Assembly (NCBI GenBank): GCA_965153355.1
Contig: OZ231126.1
Location: 31,868,001 to 31,932,000, forward strand
Source: Flaccisagitta enflata
Taxonomy: Eukaryota
Direction: 5' to 3'
DNA length: 64,000 bases
Part shown: positions 27,001 through 41,700 of the stretch, one piece after another
How positions within the stretch are numbered: the stretch's first letter is position 1
How the letters are laid out: every line of letters starts with the position of its first letter
Program-made: the position numbers and the translations under genes
Notes under the pieces: generated by a model
Seen by the model: only the letters and a program-made list of their open reading frames with translations
Databases searched by the model: none
What the model was told of the DNA's origin: nothing

Positions 27001-30000
27001 TAATTGTAATGAACTGTAACAGTTGTGGCCACAGCTAGTGATGCTGAATTGTTGTTGTAACCCATTACAGCCCATTACAGTCCATTACAGTCCATTACAG
27101 TTGATACTAAATCCCCCTGTAAACCCCTACCTAATAGCCCCTCCCATTCAAGAATCTCACCTTCAAAGAACCAATATCATCAAACTGAAAACATCATTAC
27201 AGTCACACAGTTGTCATTAGATCTCTCTACCCTAAGAGGAAGAGCTGTAATGACATCGACTTCATTACAGTCCATTTGCTGTTATTATAGTTCGTCTCTT
27301 GAATGAGGCTAAAAAGGCAGGGTTTAACAGGGATTTAGAAAAACAATTTGACAAACTGTAATGAACTGTAATGAACTCATACGAACTGTAATGGTTGTAA
27401 TAGCTGGGTAATGCTGAATTGCTGTTGTAAACCATTACAGCCCATTACAGTCCATTACAGTCCAATACAGATCATTACAGTTGATGCAAAATCCCCCTGT
27501 AAACTTCTACCTATCAGCCCCTCCCATTCAAGAATCTTACTTTCAAAGAACCAATATCACATCAAACTGAAAATATCATTACAGTTCATTACAGTTGTCA
27601 TTAGAGCTCTACCCTAAGAGGAAGAGCTGTAATGACATTTGACTTCATTACAGCCCATTTTGGTTGTTATTATAGTTCAGCCCAAGTTTCTTAATGGGAG
27701 GGGCTAAAAGGTAGGGTTTAACAGGGATTTAGAAACAATGGACAAATTGTAATGAATCAATGAATCTAATGGGTTGTAATAGCTAGTGATGCTGAATTGT
27801 TGTTGTAACCCATTACAGCCCATTACAGTCATTGCAGTCCATTACAGTTGATACTTAATCCTCCTGCAAACTCCTACCTATTAGCCCCTCCCATTCAAGA
27901 ATCTCACCTTCAAAGAACCAATATCACATCAAACTGAAAAAATCATTACAGTTCATTACAGTTGTCATTAGAGCTCTACCCTAAGAGGTAGAGCTGTAAT
28001 GACATTTGACTTCATTACAGTCCATTTTTGGTTGTTATTAGAATTAGTTTTCTGAATGGGAGGGGCTAAAAGGTAGGGCTTAACAGGGATTAGAATGGTC
28101 TGTAATGAACTGTAATGAACTTTAATGAACTGTAATGGGTTGTAATAGCTAGTGATGCTGAATTGTTGTTGTAACCCATTACAGCCCATTACAGTCCATT
28201 ACAGTCCATTACAGTCCATTACAGTCCATTACAGTTGATGCTAACTCCCCCTGTAAACCCCTACCTATTAGCCCTCCCATTCAAGAATCTTACTGTGCCA
28301 GAACCACATCACATCAAACTGAAAATATCATTACAGTTCATTACAGTTGTTGCCAGAGCTCTACCCTCAAGAGGAAGAGCTGGTAATGATATTTGACTTC
28401 ATTACAGTCCATTTTGCTATTATAGTTCAGTTTCTTGAATGGGAGGGGCTAAAAGGTAGGGGTTTAACAGGGGATTTAGAAACAATTTGAATAACTGAAA
28501 TAGAAACAATTTGACGAACTGTAATGAACTGTAATGAATTGTAATGAACTGTAATGGGTTGTAATAGCTAGTGATGCTGAATTGTTGTTGTAACCCATTA
28601 CAGCCCATTACAGTCCATTACAGTCCATTACAGTTGATACTAAATCCCCCTGTAAACCCCTACCTATTAGCCCCTCCCATTCAAGAATCTTACCTTCAAA
28701 GAACCAATATCACATCAAACTGAAAATATCATTACAGTTCATTACAGTTGTCATTAGAGCTCTACCCTAAGAGGAAGAGCTGTAATGACATTTGACTATA
28801 TTACAGTCCATTTTGGTTGTTATTATAGTTCAGTTTCTTGAATGGGAGGGGCTAAAAGGTAGGGGTTTAACAGGGGATTTAGAAACAATTTGACAAACTG
28901 TAATGAACTGTAATGAACTGTAATGAACTGTAATGGGTTGTAATAGCTAGTGATGCTGAATTGTTGTTGTAACCCATTACAGCCCATTACAGTCCATTAC
29001 AGTCCATTACAGTTGATACTAAATCCCCCTGTAAACCCCTACCTATTAGCCCCTCCCATTCAAGAATCTCACTTTCAAAGAACCAATATCACATCAAACT
29101 GAAAATATCATTACAGTTCATTACAGTTATCCACAGAGTCACCCTAAGATAAGAGTTAGAACAAATTTGACTTCATTACAGTCCATTATTGCTGTTATAG
29201 TTCAGTTTCTTGAATGGGAGGGTCTAAAAGGTAGGGGTTTAACAGGGGATTTAGAAACAATTTGACGAACTGTAATGAACTGTAATGAACTGTAATGAAC
29301 TGTAATGGGTTGTAATAGCTAGTGATGCTGAATTGTTGTTGCAACTCATTACAGCCTATTACAGTCCATTACAGTCCATTACAGTTGATACTACAACCTC
29401 TCTGTAAACCCCTACCTAGGGCCCCTCCCATTCAAGAATCTCACCTTTAAAGAACCAATATCACATCAAACTGAAAATATCATTACAGTTCATTACAGTT
29501 GTCATTAGAGCTCTACCCTAAGAGGAAGAGCTGTAATGACATTTGACTTCATTACAGTCCATTTTGGTTGTTATTATAGTTCAGTTTCTTGAATGGGAGG
29601 GGCTAAAAGGTAGGGGTTTAACGGGGGATTTAGAAACAATTTGATGAACTGTAATGAACTGTAATGACCACGAATGCAATGAACTGTAATGGGTTGTAAT
29701 AGCTAGTGATGCTGGATTGTTGTTGTAACCCATTCATTACAGTTTATTACAGCTCTACTTACAGTCATTATATCCATTATGATCATTACAGCTGATGCTA
29801 ATCCTTTAAACCCCCTACCTATTAGCCCCTCTCATTCAAGAATCTTACCTTCAAAGAACCATATCATCAAACTGAAAATATCATTACAGTTCATTACAGT
29901 TGTCATTAGAGCTCTACCCTAAGAGGAAGAGCTGTAATGACATTTGACTTCATTACAGTCCATTTTGGTTGTTATTATAGTTCAGTTTCTTGAATGGGAG

Positions 30001-33000
30001 GGGCTAAAAGGTAGGGGTTAAACAGGGGATTTAGAAACAATTTGACGAACTGTAATGAACTGTAATGAACTGTAATGAACTGTAATGGGTTGTACAGCTA
30101 GTGATGCTGAATTGTTGTTGTAACCTCATTACAGCCCATTACAGCCTAATACAGTCTATTACAGTCTATTTAGATCATTACAGTTGATGCTAAATCCCCC
30201 TGAAAACTCCTACCTATTAGCCCCTCCCATTCAAGAATCTTACCTTGAAGAACCATAACACATCAAACTGAATACATCATTACAGCTCATTACAGTTGGC
30301 ATGAGAGCTCTACCTTAAGAGGAAGAGCCGTAACGACATTTGACTTCATTACAGTCCATTTTTGTTGTTATTATTCAGTTTCTTGAATGGGAGGGGCTAA
30401 AGGTAGGGGTTTAACAGGGGATTTAGAAACAATTTGACAAACTGTAATGAACTGTAATGAACTGTAATGGGTTGTAATAGCTAGTGATGCTGAATTGTTG
30501 TTGTAACCCATTACAGCCCATTACAGTCCATTACAGTTGATACTAAAGATCATTACAGTAAATGCTAAACCTCCTAAACCCCTACCATCTAGCCCCTCCC
30601 ATTCAAGAATCTTACCTTCAAAGAACCAATATCACATCAAACTGAAAATATCATTACAGTTCATTACAGTTGTCATTAGAGCTCTACCCTAAGAGGAAGA
30701 GCTGTAATGACATTTGACCTCATTACAGTCCATTTTGGTTGTTATTATAGTTCAGTTTCTGAATGGGAGGGCGGAAAGGTAGGGCTTAACAGGGATTAGA
30801 AACAATTTGGCCAAACTGTAATATAATGAACTGTAATGAATTGTAATGGACCCAATGGGTTGTAATAGCTAGTGATGCTGAATTGTTGTTGTAAACCATT
30901 ACAGCCCATTACAGTCCATTACAGTTCATTACAGATCATTACAGTTGATGCTAAATCCTGTAAATCCCCTACCCATTAGCTCCCATTCAAGAATCTACCA
31001 AAGAACCAATATCACATCAAACTGAAAATATCATTACAGTTCATTACAGTTGTCATTAGAGCTCTTCCCTAAGAGGAAGAGCTGTAATGACATTTGACGC
31101 CATACCATTTCACAGCATATAGGTTCAGCTTCTTGGCGGAGGGAAGCAAAAGGTAGGGGTCAACAGATTTAGAAACAACTTGACTAACTGTAATGACCAA
31201 TGAACTGTAATGAACTGTAATGGGTTGTATTAGCCAGTGATGCTGAATTGTTGTTGTAATCCATTACAGCCCATTACAGTCCATTACAGTCCATTACAGA
31301 TCATTACAGTTGATGCTAAATCCCCCTGTAAACCCCTACCTATTAGCCCCTCCCATTCAAGAATCTTACTTTCAAAGAACCAATATCACATCAAACTGAA
31401 AATATTATTACAGTTCATTACAGTTGTCATTAGAGCTCTACCCAAAGAGGAAGAGCTAATATTTGATTTCATTACAGTCCATTTTGGTTGTTATTATAGT
31501 TCAGTTTCTTGAATGGGAGGGGGTAAAAGGTAGAGGTTTAACAGGGGATTTAGAAACAATTTGACGTAACTGCAATGAACTGTACGAACTGTAATGAACT
31601 GTAATGAACTGTGCGGGGTTGTAAAAGCCAGTGATGCTGAATTGTTGTTGTAACCCATTACAGCTATTACAGCTCATTACAGTTCATTACAGTTCATTAC
31701 AGCTGATACAATTCCTCTTGTAAATTTCTTGGCATAGTTTCTTCATTAAGAATTCACTAAAGAATTAATATCACACAAATCTGAAATAGATTATTATAAA
31801 TTATTACAGTTAAATACAGAGTTTACCCTAAGAGGAAGAGTTGTAATGACATTTGATCTTCTCATTACAGTCCATTTGGTTGTTAATATAGTTCAGTTTC
31901 TTGAATGAGGCCATGTTGTAGGGGTTTTAAATATAGGGATTGTGGAAACAATTTACAAACTGTAATGAACTAAAGGAAACTGTAATAACTGTACTGGCTG
32001 TAATAGCTTAAAGTGATGCTGAATTGTTACTGTAATCTATTACAGCCATTTACAGTTCATTGTCCATTATAGATCACATACTGATCCCTGGTCTATAGCC
32101 TCTTTCTCATTCAGCAATCTTACTAAAGAATTATCATCACATCAAACTGAAAAAATATCATTACAATTATTGCTGTTATCACAGAGCCTACCAAGAGAAA
32201 GAGTTGCATGACATTTGATTTTTGACTTCATTACAGTCCATTATGGTTGTTATTATAGTTCAGTTTCTTGAATGGGAGGGGCTAAAGGTAGGGCTTGAAT
32301 AGGGATTTAGAAACAATTTGACAAACTGTAATGAACTGTAATGAACTGTAATGAACTGTAATGAATTGTAATGCAATGTAATAGCCAGTGATGCTGAATT
32401 GTTCTTGTCACTCATTACAGCCTATTTCAATCCATTACAGTCCATTACAGTTGATACTAAATCCCCTGTAAACTTCTACCCACTAGCCCCTCCTATTCTA
32501 GAATCTCACCTCTAAATAGAACCATTATCACATCAAACTGAAAATATCATTACAGTTCATTACAGTTAGAGCTTCTACCTTAAGAGGAAAGGAGCTGCAT
32601 GACATTTGGACTTCATTACAGTCCATTTTGGTTATTATGAGTTCAGTTCTTGGAATGGGAGGGGCTAAAAGGTAGGGGTTTAACAGGCTTGAATGGGAGG
32701 GGCTACTAGGTAGGGGTTTACAGGGGGATTTAGTATCAACTGTAATGGACTGTAATGGACTGTAATGGACAATGGGTTACAACAACAAATCAGCATCACT
32801 AGCTATTACAACTCATTACAGTTCATGTTCATTACAGTTCATCTAAATTGTTTCAACCCCTGCTAAACTCCTACCTTTTAGCCCCTCCCATTCAAGAAAC
32901 TGAACTATAATAACAACCAAAATGGACTGAAATGAAGTCAAAGTCATTACAGCCTACCTCTTAGGGTAGAGCCTCTAATGACAACTGTAATGAACTGTAA

Positions 33001-34740
33001 TGATATTTTCAATTTGATGATATTGGTCCCAAAGGTGAGATTCTTGAATGGGAGGGGCTAATAGGTAGGGGCTTATGGGATTAGTATCAACTGTAATGGA
33101 CTGTAATGGACTGTAATGGACTGTAATGGGCTGTAATGGTTACAACAAATCAGCACACCACTATTAACCCATTACAGTTCATTACAGTTCATTACAGTTC
33201 ATCAAATTGTTTCTGGGTCTCGAAGCCCCCTCCCATTCAAGAAACTGAACTATAATAACAACCACAAATGAAGTCAAATGTCATTACAGCTCTACCTCTT
33301 AGGGTAGAGCTCTAATGACAACTGTAATGAACTGTAATGATATTTTCAATTTGATGTGATATTGGTTCTTTAAAGGTGAGATTCTTGAATGGGAGGGGCT
33401 AATAGGTAGGGGTTTACAGGGGGATTTAGTATCAACTGTAATGAACTGTAATGGACTGTAATGGACTGTAATGGGCTGTAATGGGTTACAACAACAAATC
33501 AGCATCACTAGCTATTACAACCCATTACAGTTTATTACAGTTCATTACAGTTCGTCACAGTTCATCACTGTTTCTAAATCTCAAACCTACCCCTAGCCCT
33601 CCCATTCAAGAAACTGAACTATAATAACAACAGTAATGAACTGTAATGAAATCAACGTTATTACAGCTCTACCTCTTAGGTGAGAGTCAATGACAACTGT
33701 AATGAACTGTAATGATATTTTCACTCTGATGTGATATTGCTTTTAAAGGTGAGATTCTTGAATGGAGGCTAATAGTAGTTTAGGATTTGTACAACTGTAT
33801 GAACTGTAATGAACTGTAATGAACTGCATGAACTGTAATGGACTGTAATGGGCTGTAATGGGTTACAACAACAAATCAGCATCACTAGCCATTACAAACT
33901 CATTACAGTTCATTACAGTTCATCATTGTTTCTAAACCCTCGTTAAACTCTTTTTAGCCCTCCCATTCAAGAAACTGAACTATAATAACAACCGTAATGA
34001 ACTGTAATGAGTCTAACAAATACACAGCCTCTACTCTGGTAGAGCTCTAATGACAACTGTAATGAACAAATGATATTTTCACTTTGTGACATTCTTTAAA
34101 GGAGAGATTCTTGAATGGGAGGGGCCATAGGTAGGGGTTCAGAGGGGATTTAGCATCAACTGTAATGAACTCAGAAGAATGTAATGCACTGTAATGGCCA
34201 CAATACTTACAACAACAAATCAGCATCACTAGCTATTTCATCCCTTTACAGTTCATTACAGTTCATTACAGTTCATTACAGTTCATTACAGTTCATCAAA
34301 TTGTTTCTAAATCCCCCGTTAAACCCCCACCTTTTAGCCCCTCCCATTCAAGAAACTGTGCTATAATAACAACCGTAATGAACTGTAATGAAGTCAAATG
34401 TCATTACAGCTCTACCTCTTAGGGTAGAGCTCTAATGACAACTGTAATGAACTGTAATGATATTTTCAATTTGATGTGATATTGGTTCTTTAAAGGTGAG
34501 ATTCTTGAATGGGAGGGGCTAATAGGTAGGGGTTTACAGGGGGATTTAGTATCAACCGTAATGAACTGTAATGGACTGTAATGGGTTACAACAACAAATC
34601 AGCATCACTAGCTATTGGAGTTCATTACAGTTCATTACAGTTCATTACATTACACAGGAAACTGAACTATAATAACAACCGTAATGAACTGTAATGAAGT
34701 CAAATGTCATTACAGCCCCGGACTGGGGACTGTAATTTTT
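24085..34740. repeat. Satellite array, about 375-bp monomer, about 28 copies, with an orientation switch near 32687
   Basis: AGTGATGCTGAATTGTTG recurs every 370-390 bp from 24390 to 32390; its reverse complement recurs from 32790 to 34600; built on a 10-bp CATTACAGT(T/C) subrepeat. Confidence 0.97.
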
Positions 34741-35121
34741 GAAGCTTTCTCGTTGCGTAAACGCAACTCGATGAGATACACGACAAGAGCAATTTCAAGA
34801 GAAAAAAAAAGATATTCAATAATGTTTTAATGATGACAAAACTTGATAATAATAACAATAGTGGATGATGTTAATGACAATAACGAATGATAATGACAAC
34901 AAAAATCTAAGAAAAAAATATTCTGAAAACATTTTCAAAAAAAAAAAAAAAAAAAAAAAATTTCAAAAAAAAATTTCAAAAAATTTTAAAAATAAATTTC
35001 AAAAAAAATTTCAAAAAAAAATTTTCATCAAAAATTTTTTAAAAATTTCCAAAAAAAATTTTCAAAAAAATTTTCAAAAAAAAATTTCGAAAAAATTTTC
35101 AAAAAAAATTTTCTAAAAAAT

Positions 35122-35247
35122 TTAGTAGTTGAAGATGATGACAGTAGATGAAGACAGTAGTTGAAGATGATGACAGTAGTTGAAGATGATGACAGTAGTT
35201 GAAGATGATGACAGTAGTTGAAGATGATGACAGTAGTTGAAGATGAA
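35122..35247 (+). repeat. 19-bp minisatellite, about 6 copies
   Basis: (AGTAGTTGAAGATGATGAC)n. Confidence 0.9.
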
Positions 35248-38200
35248 TCTTGAAATCCATGATAGCAAACCTAAAGAAAAATCAGAATGTAATAAATGAG
35301 CAAGTAAAAGAATTCATCAACTCCAATCCTCAATATAAATCGCCCAAGTACTAGTAACATATTACTACATTAATAAACTAATATCTTATGAACCAGACTT
35401 CAGATTTAATTTGAATTTTGCAGGGGCAGTTCAATTAATATCCTTTACTTGTATACCAAATTAAAAAAGAATTCACATAACTTTGCTACCCTTTGCCTAT
35501 GTAAACTACCTAAGTCATAGTAACATATTACTACATAAATAAGCTAATATCTCATAAACCAGACTTCAGATTTAATTCGAATTTTGCAGGGGTTATCTAT
35601 TTACTACCCTCTACTTGTGTACCAAATTAAAAAAAAATTCATAAACCTTTACTACCCTCTACCTATATAAACCACCTAAGTCCCAGCTAAATATTACTAC
35701 AAAAATAATAGGCAAAGGGTAGTAAAAGTTTATGAATTTTTCTGAAAATTGGTACACAAGCTCCTATTGACCTATAAACAACACCAGCAAAGTTTCATAA
35801 CATTCTGAAGTCTGGTTCCAAAGATTTTAAAGGTTTTAAACAGACAAACAGACTACGCATCACTGCTATCACTTAGTCACCGACGAAAACTGTTCGTCGG
35901 GGACAAAAAAGATCAAATGGACTAAAAATGAATTTATGCCGAAGTGCAGATATTTGTCAACAATACTGAGACCCCATGTCACCTGTTGTTTCTTGGATGG
36001 GAATAACAGTAACCGCCGGGATTTATCATACTCGGGCATCTCCTTAATCTGATTGTCACTCACCTCAAACTTCGCACCAACTGCTTCTTAGGGTTGTAAT
36101 ATATTTAGTAACGTGACAAAGCGTCGCAAGGAAGAAAACCTAAGCGGGTGGGGGGGGGTAGAAATCAATCAAAAGGTCATGGAATCATATACACCTCTGA
36201 CCAACAGACCGAATTAAAGACCGACAAAAGTGAGAAAACTATTTTCTTAATGCTTCTTTCTCAACAAGCCAGACCGTAGAAAACGCACCTTCAGCTTCAA
36301 CAACGCCTTGATTGATAACCACTTGCGATATCTTCGTCAAACTTGGCACGGAGGTTGAGTGAGGACTTCCAGACCTTACCCTAGCAACAATCCCGATGAC
36401 CTTGCAACAACATCACCAACAATACAACACCATTACAACGATGTCATTGCCGGAGGCTAGGTACCTAAAATTATCGAGGCCAAGTAGGCCAATAAGGTGC
36501 GACATGTGGATCGTTGAACGAATGCGTTACCAACCGACCAACCGACGGACACAGCCAGTTATACAGGTGCTTTGTCGCACCTAAAAAAGCTCTTAATCGC
36601 AAACACTAGAGGAAAATTTCCGAGGCCCATGAAACTTCGTGGGCACGTTCACTTCATCGAGATTGACTCATAAAACCGTTGTTTGTGTTAGGCCCTGCAC
36701 TAGGCCAGCGCAACAACACTGGACGGCTCAGCTTTCCTGCCCCAAAATCGTCGGAAAAGCGCAAAGGTTAAGAATTTGGATGGTCGACGTCATGAATGAT
36801 GGAGGAGAATGAATATGAAATGACTGAATGGGAAATGAATGAAGGAGGAGACTAAATGACGGAGGTGATCAATGAATGATGGAGGAGACAAAATGTTTAT
36901 CTCCCCCATCATTCATTTATCACGTCCTTCATTCATTCTCCTTCATTCATTTCCCGTTCAATCATTTTATATTCATTCTCCTCAGTCATTCACAATATCG
37001 ACCATCCAATATCTTCGTTTACGCTTCTCCGACGGCGTTGGGATACGACAGCTTAGTCCGTCCTGAGTTTAGGACTAATATCATTTTTTCGACACGCTTA
37101 AAAAATGTTTAATGCGATTACAGCGTAAGTAAATACCAAATCACCGTACGACTTACTCAAGGTTTGTAGAAGGGTCGGGTGGTCATTCGTGTAAAATTTC
37201 AAAAAATGTCATTGAATATTGTCTTAATATTACAAATTTGAAATTTTGGGGTAAGTAGGCTGGTGTAGGCAGTTGGACCTTCTGGAATTTCTTGAAACTT
37301 TGCATTGTAGTAGACAAGATAAAATGATGTTACCATATAAAAAATCAAGTCAATCGGTCAATTCGTCTCCGAGTTACAGCCTTTTGAAGTTGAGCTAAAA
37401 AATGTCAGGATGATTTCCGCCACTTGGATCAAATAGTTGCGTTACGTTTCAGACACGCACGAGCGCTCATGATATTATGAACAAAGTATTAGGAGCATTG
37501 GAAACAAGGCCGGTTACACGGCCAATACCAGTTGCGGACGGGTGGGTAGGGGCGGATATGATCGTTAACCACTCTTCAACTCGTGCTGACGGATTGACGG
37601 ACGGACAAAGCCTCATAAAGAGTTGCGTTTCCGCAACTGGAAACAACGGGCAAAAGCTTTATGTTGATAGTGATAGTATTACTTTTAAAAATATACGCAT
37701 GCCGCCGCACCACCCTTAGGACAGCTATCCTAAAAAGTTTAATCAAAAAGTTCCTCTGGTCAGGCGAAGACGAACGCAAGTGTAGGTTTTTTTCTATCCA
37801 GGACCACGTATAACATTTTTGGTCGCAGACACGCGACTCTACACCTTGCCGTGTCAGTCGGTAAGTTGGTCAGTCTGTCTAACATTTTTGAATTCCATTT
37901 TTGAATTCCCATAACTGCTCCTGCCCAACCGTCCGCGACTGAATTGCCGTGTATCCGGCCTTGTTTTTCACTTATAACTGATAAAATTTGATGGTCCGTT
38001 GTCATCCGTCGTGGGGTTCATCAATTAATTTTCTGTTAACAGAGGAAAGAGATCGTCAAACATATTTTTCTGAAAATAAAGAGAAGAGCATGGCTACCAA
38101 AATCAGTAACATGACGAGATTGCCAAAGAAAAGGCCAAGCAGGTCAATACGCGCAACATTTGAATCTTTGAACGAATGCGTTACCAACCGACCGAAGGAC

Positions 38201-38789
38201 AGAGCCTCTTGTAGTGTGTAGATGTGCAGATGTGCTTTAAAAGATTGCATCGACTCCTCCTGTTGCAAAAAAGGCAAAAAATAATTAACGTGATTAAATA
38301 TCAAATGAACACGCAACATGAGACGAAACCATAACTTACGATGCGATGGTCTTCTGAAAGTAATGAAATAAAAAAAGGCCACATACACGGCCAAAACTAG
38401 TCCCGGACGGGTGGGCAGGGGCGGAAATGCGTGTTTTCTCACTTTTCGACCCGAGCGAGATAGACCGACAGACGGACCGACAGACGGAAAAAGGCTCTTA
38501 TAGAGTTGCTAGTCCGCGACTAAAAACTACATTGATTCCACGAGCATCTTTGTGTCTTGCGCGAGCCTCTTTGTGTCTTGCGCGAGCCGGCATGGAAAAA
38601 ACAAGTGGGATCAAATTGAATAGACCTTTGGGATCTAGAATAGACCTTTTGGATCTATCACGGTGTGTGTTAGCGATTTATTTTATTATAAAGATATTAA
38701 ACAAGTCATATTAAACAAGTTTGAATATTGATGTCATCAATTTTGATATTCGAAACAGCACCTCTATCACTCACTCAAACCATATTTAT

Positions 38790-41700
38790 AAACGGATTTC
38801 GCATGGGGTTTCTGGAGAGACAAAAATATTGAGAACATTGTGAAAGTAGTTGTTGATCCGTTAACTTGGTCTTATGGTCAGTCTAGTCACAATAGACCAA
38901 TTATGTACTGGATCGATGGATGGATGGATGGACGAGTCTCGTAATACACATTACTGATTGAAATTCTAAAAACACTAACAAAACTTGTTTATCACAGTGA
39001 GTCGAGAAAGGCTGATGCTGAGTTTTTCAAGCTGATGCCGACTTTGTCAATCTGATGCTGAGTCTTAGAACCAATCTTGCGAAAGAATGCGAACAGATGC
39101 TTATTGATGCAAAAAAAATCGCATCTGTTCACATCGTTTCGCATGGGGTTTTTCATGGACAAAATGGCATAAACAATAGGAAATGAGTTCTTGATCAGTT
39201 TTATGGGCGTTTTGGTCAGTCCGTCCGTCTATCAACTAGTCAAATCTATAGGCCTAAGCTAATTTTTTCCCTTTTTAAGCAAAGAAAAAACTGTTAAGAG
39301 ACTAAATAGTTGTTGATCCGATTTTTTGCTCTTTTAGTCGGTCCTTTCGTCTATGAGTTTGTCGGTAATTTTTTGTCCCCTTTTTAAGCGCAAAAAAAGA
39401 TACTGATGCTGATGGAATGAATGTGACATAGACATATTACTTGAAATTTTAATACCATTGAAAAAAAATTTGGTCGACACTGAAAAAGGGCGTTTTTAGT
39501 CGGAAACAATCATGTTTTTTACGGACCACTCAGTCGCCAGCTACATTCATTCGCTTGCATCATTCACTCCGTGCACAGGCCACTCGGTGGCTCGCTGTTT
39601 GTCCGCTCGCACCGCTCATTCTGTTCACGGGCTCGCTCAAACTGTTCACGGGCTGGCTCTCTCCATTCACGGGCTGGCTCTCTCCATTCACGTGCTCGCT
39701 CACTCCATTCACGGGCTTACTCACTCCGCTCACGGGCTCGCTCATTCCATTCACGGGCTCCATTCACGGGCTCCCTCATTGATGTATGTCAAGGTACTAT
39801 TATTCCTACTAGAGAAATAACAAGTAACATGGGATCACGATATGATGCAAAACGATGCGAAATGATGCAAAAAAATTTTGCATCGTTTCGCATGGGGTTT
39901 TTCATGGACAAAATAGCATAAACAATAGGAAATGAGTTCCTAATCAATTTTATGGGTCTTTTGGTCGTTCGATCTATGTATCTTTTAATCAGTTCTTTAA
40001 TCGCTAAGTTCTTTTTCTACCCTTATTAGCAAAAAAAAAAAAAAAAAAAGATGCTGAAGTGGGTTGGAGTAAAATTTCGCATGGTGTTTTTGAGAAACAA
40101 GATGTCAAAATCATTGAGAAAATAGTTAATGATTTGTCAACTTGGTCTTTAGGGCGGTCCGTTGGTCTGTCAATCAAGAAATTCTATAAGCGCAACCTAC
40201 TTTTTTTCCTCTTTTTTAGCGAAAAAAAAAACTGATGCTGACTGAGTGAGATTGAAATTTCGCATGGGGTTTTTGATGTATAAAATGCAACTAACATTGA
40301 GAAAAGAATACTTGACCAGATCTCATAGTCTTTTGGTCTGTCTGTCAGTCTTTCAATTTGTCAGTACTTTGAGCGCAAGATTCTTTTTTGCCCATCTTTA
40401 GCGACATATAAAAACTGATGCTGATTGAATGAATGTGACGTTAATTGACCTTAGATGATGATTATCGAATAACTCGGGTGATGATACAGTCAAAATAGAT
40501 AAATATTGACATGAATCAATGGTCACACATGACTTGAAATTCTTATGACAAAGACAAAATTCGAAAAATTTTATCATTAAAGAAAGGCAGAAAAAAAATT
40601 TCGCATCATTTTGCATCGTTTCGCATGGGCTTTTTCAGGGACAAAAGGGTATTAATATTGAGAAATGAGTTCCTGATCCGTTTTATGGGTCTTTTGGTCG
40701 GTCCATCGGTCTATTAACTAGTTGAATCTTTTAACCAAAGATAATTTTTTCCCTTTTTTAGCAAAAGAAAATTGATGCTGAACTGGGTGGGAGTAAAACT
40801 TCGCATGACTTTTGGAGAGACAAAAGTCATGAACATTGAAAAAATAGTATTTGATCCTTTTACTTGGTATTTTTGTCAATTCGTCGGTGTATCAAGTAAA
40901 GAAATCTATTTGCGCAAAATACTTTTTTGCCCTTTTTTAGTCGAAAAAAAAAATGTTGATTGAGTGGGACCGACATTTTGCATGAATTTTTAAAAATTGT
41001 TCTGGATTAAGTTTCATGCCCTTTCAGCATCATTTTTTTTTAGCTAAAAAAGGATCTTGCGCTAATAGATATGTTTGATTGACAGACTGACCGACTTAAT
41101 GACCAAGTTAACGGATCATTTACTATTTTCTTGATGGTTTTTACATCTTTTATCTCAAAAACCCCATGCGAAATTTCACTCACACCCATTTCATCTTTTT
41201 TTTTTTAGCTAAAAAAGGATCTTGCCCTAACAGATTTGTTTGATTGATAGACCGACGGACCGACCTAAAGGTCAAGTTAACGGATCATTTACTATTTGCT
41301 TAAAGATTTTGATGTTTTGTATCACAAAAACCCCATGCGAAATTTTGCTCCCACCTAATTCAGCATCATTTGTTTTTGAAAAAAAAAAAGTACTTTGCGA
41401 TTAAAGAACTTTCTAATAGTTGCATTGAACGAACGACCAAAAGCCCCATAAAACGGATTAAGACCTCATTTCTCAATATTAATGCTATTTTGTCCATGAA
41501 AAACCCCATGCGAAATTTCACTCCCACCCAGTTAGAATCGGGTTATTTTTTTGCTAAAAAAGGTGAAAAAAGTACTTTAAGCTAAAAGAACTGACTAATA
41601 GATACATTGATGGAACGACCAAAAGGCCCATAAAACGGATCAAGAACTGATATCTCATTGTTTACGCCATTTTGTCCATGAAAAACCCCATGCGAAACGA

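Noticed and set aside
31680-32220. Highly diverged satellite monomers as a distinct ancient subfamily
   Set aside because: The patchy indel-rich degradation looks like low-quality long-read consensus; it cannot be separated from error without the reads.
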